Shown piece by piece: positions 55,425-64,000 of a stretch of DNA of 64,000 bases. Positions within the stretch are counted from its first letter, which is position 1. Each line of letters begins with the position of its first letter. The stretch lies in the NCBI GenBank assembly GCA_000091205.1, contig AP006501.2; one strand, written 5' to 3'. This DNA is from Cyanidioschyzon merolae (taxonomy: Eukaryota). The translations under genes were made by a program, and so were the position numbers. A model generated the notes under the pieces. It worked only from the letters and a program-made list of their open reading frames with translations, did no database searches and had not been told where the DNA came from.

Positions 55425-56630
55425 GGTGTATATTCTCCAGTGTACCTTTTTTTTTGCAGATCCGTTCATAGCAGTCGAGAGACACTGCTAGTACTCTGAA
55501 AGTCCCAATATCGCTGGTTTCGGATGCCGTTCTCGCACCCTAGGCATAGAATGTCGTTGCGATCTACACGCTGCATGCGAGAGTCATCGCCTTCGCATAC
55601 AGACAGAGTGTACCACGCTCAGCGGTGACACGTCGCGGTACTCAGGGATTCCCGTATACCCACAATGCATCCCGTTCCGAAGCGGCGCCCTGTGCCGCGT
55701 GAGCACTTCCTTCGCCGTTCCGTGCATGTTGTTGACTGGTAAAGAAGGCTTCTGTCGATGCCTTCCTCCATTCCTGTGCCCGGTGACATGCACGATGATC
55801 ACGGGCCCCTTCTGGACGATTCCCGCGGCGAGTACGCTACCCGCTGGGCACGCAAGCGCACGCTGCTCCATGCGGTAGCGCAGCCATGGAATGCAGTATT
55901 GCCCGTGATGAAACAAGCACCTGAATGGAACTCCAGAATCGGGATCCAGGCGAGAAATCCAGGACGATCCACGCTGCCTTCGTATGCGGCCGTGACGCGC
56001 TCATTAGTGGAACCGGTTGCGGCGATGACTGCAGCCCTCGTCCAGGACGCTATTCCATGCAAGCGGAATGCACAGAAGCTTCTGGGACCATACTTCGTGA
56101 TGGGCAATGCTTGTGTCGGATCTCGGTTCGACGATAGCCACGGAGAGCGGCGGCTTTGTTTTTTCCAAATGGAACAGGCTTCCTGACGTAAGCGGTTCCA
56201 TGAACTCGCCGCATGAGCCTGTGAATACGTCGCCAGCGGACATCGTCGCGTATTTTGTTTCCTCGTCAATCCAGAGATCCGCATTGCTGCGTCCACGAGT
56301 TGCCTGAAACAGACACATCGAACACCTTGAAGAATGCGTGATTGACGCAGAGGCCAGGCAAGCAATCGAGAGGAATCGAGGCGACTGCACATGCGTGGAT
56401 GGTGGTATTGTTTTAATGCTGCGAAACCCGTGATCGACGGCGCTGGAACTCATCATGATTCCGGTGGTGAAATCGAATTGCAGCGTCAGGGAATCGAAGG
56501 AGCCTCCACGGAAACACGACCGAAAATATAAAATTCCGCATGCATCCCCAAGCTCTTGTTGCTCTACCTTGAACGTTGATGCAGCCCAAGCAAAAAAGAT
56601 CGAAAAATATCGAAAGATAGGCGCAAAGCG
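55425..56630 (-). repeat. copy A3 of family-A repeat (slightly truncated or diverged at both ends), between ITPK1 and the UBE2J-like gene
   Basis: Same-orientation match to A1 from gtatattctccagtgtacc to cgaaagatag.cgcaaagcg. Contains the same spurious ORF set as A1 and A2. Confidence 0.82.
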
Positions 56631-56679
56631 AGTCATTCCATGTTCCATTATAATCTGACATGAGTGTAGGCAGGCACTG

Positions 56680-57699
56680 GTGTTCAGGTACGCTCCTCCG
56701 AATTTTATTCTGAACGCTCCGGCTCTGGCTACCTATACGGATCACGTTTTCGATGAGATGAAGCGCTCAGACAACGGAAAGCGACCAGCGGTTTCCGCTT
56801 CTGCCAAGAGAATCATGCAGGAACTAGCAGAACTAGCTCGCGAGCCTTCAACGTTGTTTGAGGTGCGTGCCCTTGACGATGACCTTTTTGAAGTGCACTT
56901 TACCATCCGTGGCCCCGCGGACTCACCCTTTGAGGAAGGACTCTACCACGGAAGAATACTGCTTCCTCCCGAGTACCCGTATAAGCCGCCGGAAATCATG
57001 CTCCTGACACCGAACGGTCGCTTCGAAACGGGGAAACGCATCTGCCTCAGCGTGACCCAGCACCACGTGGAGACCTGGCAGCCAAGTTGGGGAATACGTA
57101 CTATCCTGACGGCGCTGATTGGATTTATGCCTACTCGCGGAGATGGTGCTGTCGGGGCCCTCGACTTTACTGAGGAAGAACGTCGTCAGCTGGCGTGCGC
57201 CTCGCGACGCTGGTCTTGTGCCCGGTGTGGTATGGACCATAGCAGTTGGAAGAGTTCAGCGTCCACTTCGGCTGAAGCCCACCGGGTCTCATCTGAAGAG
57301 ACAAGCAACGAGGGATATGTGGGAAACCTCCCGGGCACTGATGGGCACGAGAGCCGGTGCATTTCGCACGAGCCAGCTGCCTCACCGGGAACCGAGCCAA
57401 TAGCGTCTGCGATGCCCACGACGCCTGCAGCTCCAGAGGAGCTTCCAGAGGCGTCGACCTCATGGCATCATGAGAAAGAAGCGCAGGCGTCTGGGAGCCA
57501 GCTGATGCTGCCAGCGATGCAAGTGCCCGAAACGGCAAGGCATTCGAGCGCATCAGACTGCAGCTCGACAGAAAAGAGCATGCCCCACGATTCGCGGACG
57601 ACAGCTACGACGGAAACCATGCTGGAGAGCGTCGATCGACTGCTAACCTACGTCATTATTGCACTGGTCTGCGCATTGACCACAGTTTGGTTTCTTTAA
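56680..57699 (+). CDS. ubiquitin-conjugating enzyme E2 J-type (Ubc6-like, C-terminal tail anchor); probable true start at Met27 (56758)
   Basis: UBC fold with LPPEYPYKPPEIMLLTPNGRFE..RICLSV...HHVETWQPSWGIRTIL. Long S/T/P/E-rich linker, then a C-terminal hydrophobic anchor LLTYVIIALVCALTTVWFL. Confidence 0.82.
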   Translation: MFRYAPPNFILNAPALATYTDHVFDEMKRSDNGKRPAVSASAKRIMQELAELAREPSTLFEVRALDDDLFEVHFTIRGPADSPFEEGLYHGRILLPPEYPYKPPEIMLLTPNGRFETGKRICLSVTQHHVETWQPSWGIRTILTALIGFMPTRGDGAVGALDFTEEERRQLACASRRWSCARCGMDHSSWKSSASTSAEAHRVSSEETSNEGYVGNLPGTDGHESRCISHEPAASPGTEPIASAMPTTPAAPEELPEASTSWHHEKEAQASGSQLMLPAMQVPETARHSSASDCSSTEKSMPHDSRTTATTETMLESVDRLLTYVIIALVCALTTVWFL

Positions 57700-58989
57700 T
57701 GGACGTGCCAGGCTCCGTGTGATTGTTGCCTTGAGCCAGACGCATTCTCCCGAGGCACCGTTGCGGTGCAGTTCCAGTGATCAAGTTTCAGCACCGGTGC
57801 AAAGGCGGCAATGGACGTATGTGCGCCGCAGACTCCGCTCACAAGTTCCTAGCATTTCGGCAAGACATGCCATGTGATGCGGCTTGGGGACAAGTGCTTC
57901 CTCGCGCGTGCAGCCCACAGGTCCCGGTGCGAAGAGCCCTGTTATCGAATGATCGATTTCCTCTATTCATGTACGCAAACGGTGCTCGCATGGACGCGCA
58001 TCCATAGCGCTGCACGTATCCTTCGACACTTCGTGGACGACCGGCCTAGACAGCTGCGTTGCCGGCCGTGTTTGTGTCCAGCGGAATTTTCTCGCCGCTG
58101 ATCACGCGTCCCGCTCTCCGCCTTGGCTGCATTCATTCTTGTTGAGGCATATCGTCGCCACAGGTGGCGTCACGATATAGTTGTAGAATGCTCCCGCGGG
58201 AAATGCAGCTGCAGCAGCTGAGCAACTCTGCTTGTGCGTTGTTTCTTTTCCAGTGTTTTCTTCCGAAAACAGGAACGATGCAGCCAATGCATTTTCACAT
58301 TGCCCGCCTCATTCCAGAGAAACGGGAGCAGTCCACAACCTTAACAGATTGTGCAGGGAAATCCGGAGCTAACATGAGCATCGAACGTTGTGCGACATGG
58401 TGCCTGACGCATTTTTCACGGAAGGTCTTCCATGCACACCGAGTCAGACTGGACCCGTATCCATAAAGCGAGACAGAGCGTCCGCGTCCCCCAAATCTGC
58501 TAGACTGGTCGTGAGCACTCGCAAGGCTGTAGTTTTGGTGTAGAGTGCCTTGGCGGTCGCTCTCGTCACGGAGCATGCCACTTAAACTCAGGCTGGGCTG
58601 TGGGCGGTGTTCTTTGAAAGGAACTCGAATAGCGCTGCCCAACTCGCGTTCGCTCATGAGCTCCAGATGGAACCACTTTCGCAGGTTTTGCAGCACCGCG
58701 GGTATAACGTGCGTCCAGCTCCAAGCACAGCGACCGTGGGTTGCTCGTTCCCTACTACCCAGCGTCAGGTCGCTGTTTTCCAGACCCGTTCGCGTTCGCC
58801 GAGTGCACCTGTCGTGCGTGTTCAGAAGGAAGCTTCAGGCTCTCGCCTTGAGCACATCGCTGGACTTTCTGAAACTCGGAATTCAAGCGCATGTCTACGC
58901 TCAGCAAGACAAGAGAAACTGGGTATCTATCGGTTTCAACGAGCGGACAACGTACCCGACGTTCTTAAACTTGCTCCTCAACGGAAGCG

Positions 58990-59000
58990 GGGCACTGTCA

Positions 59001-59033
<33 letters not shown>

Positions 59034-59037
59034 GGCG
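58990..59037. repeat. (GGCAAC)5(GGCGAC)2 hexanucleotide microsatellite, ~160 bp upstream of the DET1-like start
   Basis: ggcaacggcaacggcaacggcaacggcaacggcggcgacggcggcgac read directly. Confidence 0.9.
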
Positions 59038-59195
59038 ACGGCGGCGACAGACGTTCATGGACACAGCTGCGGCGTGAGGATCCGGCTACGTTCACGTGTA
59101 ATAGTTCGCAAAGCTTGCTCGGTTCCAATGAACCAAAGTGCTTCCATTCTTCATGAAAAGTGAGTGGTAAACGAGAGCCACAGCTAAGAGCTTGA

Positions 59196-61948
59196 ATGAA
59201 TACTACAAAAGAGTCTGCAGCAGGGCGCCGGCAGAGCTGGAACTTGCACCACTCACGGCGAAAAAGGTCCAGCACTGCAAGTCTCCTTGAGAGCCGCGAG
59301 TACACCGACACGAACCACTTTTCGAAGCAAACCGCTTGGACAGCCGAACAACTTCACCGGAAAGGTTTTCGTCGCCACAGTTATGATGTACCGACACCGC
59401 CGTGCATTTTCCGGCGGTTCACCCCGAACGGACGATTTCTCCTTGCTCTTGACCGAAACGGAACGGATCTGCTTGTCTTCCCTTACGTACACTGGTCCAG
59501 TTCTGTGCCGTTTTCTACGCAATTGAAGGGCGCTGACTGTTGCAGTGCGGAAGACCCGGCCAACAAGGTAAACCTGTCCGAGTCAGGCGGTTCGGCCTCG
59601 TTTTCCGACTTTTTTCGTGAGCCTCTACGGATAAGTGTAGTGAATGCCTATACGACTGGCTTCCTTGCGTATAATAGGGCACGCGCTTTTGGTATGGATA
59701 CACCACTGGAGGCAGAATGGGACCCTACTGGTGTCTACCTTCGGGACTTGCTTCTGTGTACACCCTGTGGTCGATTTGTTCTCCTGGGAGCGTGGCGAGC
59801 TCCGTCAACACCCGCACTGACGCACCGAGGCGAGAGCCTTCGTACTGGATCACAAATAACTGCCGCTGTATCGGAAAATTCCCACTCGAATCGTGAGCGG
59901 TCATCTACAGACAGCCATATGGAAAGCGCAACAACCGGAAGCGGGCAAAGAGGCAGCTTTCGGCGACTCGCAGCGCGCCACGTTGCCGATTCGAGTTCGC
60001 CTGCTTCTTTAGCAGGATGCCCTGTAGTACCCTCTGTCTACCTTTTTCTGGTCGACATGGAATTACAGCGAGTTGTAGATGTCTTCATGTTGCGTAATGA
60101 CCTTGTATTACTCGACGGAAACTCCGGTGTCCAGCTATTTGATGCGGACCTCGTGGCAGTGACCTCCATGGCGCATCAGGCAGTGCATCTGTTACGTATC
60201 CGGCAAGGAATCGGTGGTCTGAATCAACAGTGTGGATGCTTCCAGTACTTGACGAGCTTCGGACCGCACTGTTTCTCCGATGACGCGTTACTCATTGCCA
60301 AACAATATCGCCGGGAGCGCGATTTTCGCCGACAAGGTCGACGCGTCTTTGCACTGCAGTTACGTGATCTTTTACAGACGGAGAACTCCAGTGCAGAAAG
60401 CGAGCCGCTAGATGACGTTCCAGTTCAGCCGTCCGAGGCCAACAATGACGCCTCAGCAGCCGGGGCATGCATTTTGCCGTCGCACCCGCAGGAAACATCG
60501 GTGTTGCCTGTCGGCATGCAGAAGGAGCCTGTCGGCGGCATCGTGGAGTCTGGGATACCCCAGAGACGGTGCCGTCGACAGCGCCCCCAGAGCGATGACA
60601 ATTCGGAACGCGAGGCTTCCCCCTTTGTGATGCCATGTACGAGTGCGGCCGCTGTAGCTGGTACTGCTATGGCTGCAGCGGCGTGTCGTATGGCGTATCG
60701 CCCGCAAGAAAAGGAATGTTTCATCACGGGTTTGAAGCAGCGTCTGCTAACCTTTCTGTATCGGAGCTACACACAGGGAAAGCCATGCTCATATTATGAG
60801 CGGTTTGCGGCATCGTTCGAGAGCCTGCAGTCCTTCGTTATTCAGCGCGCTGCGCTGATCAGCAAAAAGCATTTCCTGGTACGCATGGTTCCCGCGCGAC
60901 TCGCCCTGAAACACTTTCTCGGCCGGACGGCTTGCTCTCTCTTTCATCAGCCATGGTACGTTTCGGGCGTTGCGGTTACGGGACTGGTCGATTCTGACTT
61001 GGCGCTACTGCACGCAGCAGAAGCGCACAGCACTGCAGATTCTGAGCAGATACCGGCGAGCGCGGAACCAGGATCGTACAGGCAGCAACTTCAGCATCTA
61101 TTACACGCCCCCTGTCCTGTACTCGCCGACAACATTGTTGCCTCAAAACGCCGACAGGATGCTTTGAGTGCTCTGGTGGCTCAATTGCGCACCACGTTTT
61201 ACGTGATCTACGACTATTTGAGCACACAAATTGAGGCAGTGTTCTCGCCCGGCTCGGTGGAATTCCTCGCACTCGCACGTCACCATCCGGAATGGTTCGG
61301 GTTGCGCTCCGGCGTGCCGCTGTATCGCATAGAGAGCGCCGTGGAACGACTCGAGGAATTGAAACTAGTCTGTGGAGCGGTCTACTGTCCAGTGTGCCAC
61401 CGGGAGCACCGCTGCGGTAGCGTTGCTGCGCGGAACACGCCACGCAACATGGCTCATGGAACAGACGAACGTGCTGCTCTTGTCAAGGCAGAAATTGCCC
61501 TATTATCGGCGGGCGCTCCGCTTGATACATCACAGAGGCACGAGCGCTGGTCGATGGCTGTGAAACCGGAGGCAGGTGCTGGTGAAACTTCTTCGACGGG
61601 TAAGCGTGCCGACACTAGAGCGGTTACCGGGAACTGCACAACTTTAGGACAAGATTTAACGGAGCGCGGACCTGTCATGGATGTCGCTCACCTGTACAGG
61701 GAGCCTTTGCTAACGATGTTCTTGCTGCTGCCGTTGCCGTGCCAACCGGCTATCTTTTCGCCCTGGTTGAACCGACGGTTCTTCTCCTACGATGAATCAA
61801 AGTTGTGGAGTAGAGACCTATTCCATCCAGCCGTATGCGACGAGTATCCCATGGTGCGTGTTTTTCATCGCGTACGCGGAACACTCTCTTGGCGTATCTA
61901 TCCGGCAGCGAAGAATGAGAGAGAGAGATTATCTGCTCGCCCGTTCGT

Positions 61949-61981
<33 letters not shown>

Positions 61982-62243
61982 CTTGGAAGCTTCACGAACA
62001 CATACGCCCGTGGAAGGCGCGCGTACGTCGACGACGCACGCTGGTGCACCAGACCACAGCCAAAGAACCGTCACTGACACCATGTTGCAAGCAACGGTAT
62101 CGTACTTGCCGGATGCGGAAGCAGAGCCGCGTTCCAGAGTTCGCCAATACGCATCCTATATCTTTCACCCACAAGATGCTTTTTGTCTGAGTATTTTATG
62201 GTCATCAGAACGAGCACCAGTTGTGAATCTGCACTACGCTTGA
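59196..62243 (+). CDS. DET1: DET1 (de-etiolated 1)-like protein, expanded by low-complexity insertions (polyQ at 61953-61982)
   Basis: 1015-aa ORF. N-terminal PPCIFRRFTPNGRFLLALDRNGTDLLVF parallels the DET1 signature PPCFLRKFSPDGRYFIAF. The C-terminal FHPQDAFCLSI...VVNLHY parallels the DET1 C-terminus FHPFEPFAISV...VVNFHM. Recalled from memory, not searched. Confidence 0.6.
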
Positions 62244-62639
62244 GGTTTGTACAGGTCGCATTGGCCCACGAGGCAGCCCGCGGGAACGCCGCTTGTCATG
62301 CTCTACACATACATTCCGGTGACGAGGCAAGTCGGCAGCCGCGGCTAGCGTTGATGACCATCGCAGCGTGTTGTGCGGCGCTTTCGTGCGTCGAATGTTT
62401 TTCTTACCGCGGATTTTGAAAGCAAGAGAAGCGACGCGGGTGAGCAGCAAATATTTTGGGTGTCTCGCAGTTCCATCCAGATTCCAGGTTGATGCAAGGG
62501 CCCTGATTCACGGAATCAGCGATTCAAACAACAATTGCCTTGCAATCCGGTGTATCGTTTCTGATGGTGCTTGGCATGATGCATCGCTGAGACAATCCGC
62601 TGCTCGTCATCATAAGCATCAGCTTCTGCGGTTGATATT

Positions 62640-62670
62640 GATGTTACTGCTGCTGCTGCTGCTGCTGCTG
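62640..62670. repeat. (GCT)n trinucleotide microsatellite in the DET1/TRAPPC1 intergenic region
   Basis: ctgctgctgctgctgctgctgctg read directly. Confidence 0.85.
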
Positions 62671-62800
62671 TTCAAGGTACGCCATGAGCAAGCATGAACA
62701 CTGCGACAGCGCTCCCAAATCTAAAATAGTTGATCCGCTTTACCATTTCCGGGCATGCAATAGAACAGCATGCCATCCATGCACCCTAGATACGATGCGT

Positions 62801-63331
62801 CTATGATTTCGTAGCAGGGCTTCCATTACCGCGTAGCGCCTTCTCGCTTGCTGGTCGAAAGACGGTCGACTCCACTGCGAGCGTGCGAATCACCGAGTCG
62901 AGTCGCTTTCGAAAGCTCTCACTCACGATCGATGTGCCGAGTGTGTAGAGCGGATTGCGTATTGCACATTCGACATACGCTTCGCGATAGACGCGCTGCA
63001 GAATCCGGGTTAGGTCGCTTGCCGTTGGCGACGTTGTCAGTACGAAGCGCAGGCCGGTGCTGCTCTCAAAGCAGTGCAACTGGTATTTCTCCGTCGAGTA
63101 ACTGCAAAAGTTAGATGGTCCTCTCGGCATGTACCGAGTTGCTGTGTCGATAGGAAGAGAGTCATCATTCGCGGGAGCAAGGCTTCGGCAGAGCTGTTTC
63201 ACGGCGAAGAGAAGACCAATGAGGTTCTGTTGTTCTTGTTGTGTGTCCGAACCGGGGCGTGTTCGTTGCCATTCCCGATAGTAGAGACATGTGCCATGTC
63301 TACTAAACAGGTAAAAGTTGTATACCTGCAT
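62801..63331 (-). CDS. BET5: TRAPP complex subunit Bet5/TRAPPC1 (longin-like sedlin/Bet5 fold). The longest ORF extends to 63475; the conserved protein begins at MQVYNFYLF.
   Basis: MQVYNFYLFSRHGTCLYYREW... and ...YVECAIRNPLYTLGTSIVSESFRKRLDSVIRTL align with Bet5/TRAPPC1 (MTVHNLYLFDRNGVCLHYSEW..., NPLCPLGQTVQSELFRSRLDSYVRSL). Confidence 0.78.
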   Translation of the reverse strand: MQVYNFYLFSRHGTCLYYREWQRTRPGSDTQQEQQNLIGLLFAVKQLCRSLAPANDDSLPIDTATRYMPRGPSNFCSYSTEKYQLHCFESSTGLRFVLTTSPTASDLTRILQRVYREAYVECAIRNPLYTLGTSIVSESFRKRLDSVIRTLAVESTVFRPASEKALRGNGSPATKS

Positions 63332-64000
63332 GAGGTCAAACAATGAATAGCGCGTCCCAGCACTGTGGCGGGCGTTGCTGTTGACAGTCTGTTTCCAACG
63401 GGAACTATCCTGGACGCAGGCGAACGCGTCAACTCCAAGTCTCCGACCAGGTATGGTGCTATCGCTGCTGCTCAAGTGCAGGATGGTGGTAAAGCTATCG
63501 CGAATCTACGACGATGACACTCACAGCGTCGTTCGCAGCGGAGAAAAACCGTCGATACTGTGTCGAACGCGAGCGTTCAACGAGAAAAACTCACTGAAAC
63601 GCGAACAGTCGTGATGAACAGGTGCTCAGCGGGGTTTCCCGCACGGCACGCCGCGAGGCGCCTCACCCGAGTGAAGTGCCCGAGGAGCTTTTCGGTCACC
63701 TAGCTGCCTCCTAAACGCCACCTTTCAGCTAGCTTCGTAGTCAGTGCGAACTCCTTTCCGTCAGCGTTGCCGGAGCCCTGTACTGAAGCGCGCTTTCTAG
63801 CTTGACCACGAATGGTCGCCGCTTTTGGAAAGCACGGCTGCAGAAAGGAAGATCACGACCGCAGCCTGCCTTTGTGCAATCTGCGTCGTGCTCGGTAACA
63901 ACCTGTATGAGCTTGGGTTAGAAATCCGCTTTAGCAAGTGAGACTCGAGTCTCCGCGGTACCGGGGATCACGAACCGGTTAGCGAGCTTGGTGTGCTGAA

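Noticed and set aside
63930-64000. Palindromic ccggggatcacgaaccgg near the window end, looked at as a possible tRNA T-arm
   Set aside because: The stem is just the self-complementary CCGG with a 10-nt loop. No acceptor, D-arm or anticodon arm can be built, and it lies at the window edge.
1-64000. Prokaryotic interpretation (operons, CRISPR arrays, defence islands)
   Set aside because: No direct-repeat/spacer arrays are present. The proteins are eukaryote-specific (XRN, E2s, TRAPP, DET1, ITPK1, CYP51), genes have 0.3-2.9 kb intergenic spacers, and two GT-AG introns with branch motifs are present.

Overview
This window looks like compact eukaryotic nuclear DNA (GC roughly mid-50s %), not prokaryotic. 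It holds about 20 protein-coding genes in 64 kb, with long uninterrupted ORFs and no operon logic or CRISPR. Many of the proteins are eukaryote-specific: an XRN 5'-3' exoribonuclease, two ubiquitin E2 enzymes, a DET1-like protein, a TRAPP Bet5 subunit, CYP51, an ITPK1 kinase, GDP-mannose 3,5-epimerase and an ETF beta subunit. A nuclear-encoded plastid-type biotin carboxylase (accC) with a transit-peptide-like N-terminus points to an alga with a heteromeric plastid ACCase. Most genes are intronless, but two carry one short spliceosomal intron each (GTAAGT donor, CTAAC branch motif, AG acceptor). Together with the GC content and the gene spacing of about 3 kb per gene, this fits a Cyanidioschyzon-like (Cyanidiophyceae) red-algal genome; that is an inference, not a verified identification. 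The most unusual feature is an unclassified interspersed repeat superfamily with no recognisable coding capacity. Three near-identical copies of a ~1.37 kb element (A1–A3) are present, two of them forming an inverted repeat around a 2.5 kb partly AT-rich spacer that carries a small rhodanese gene. Two copies of a related ~1.24 kb element (B1/B2) form a direct repeat 5.2 kb apart. All five copies lie within about 50–660 bp upstream of gene start codons. Other features are a ~67-bp tandem repeat upstream of accC, several microsatellites (two of them coding polyQ tracts), a cytochrome b561 with a metallothionein-like Cys-rich tail, a redox/ascorbate-related gene neighbourhood, and several gene-free stretches that may hide unannotated genes or ncRNAs.
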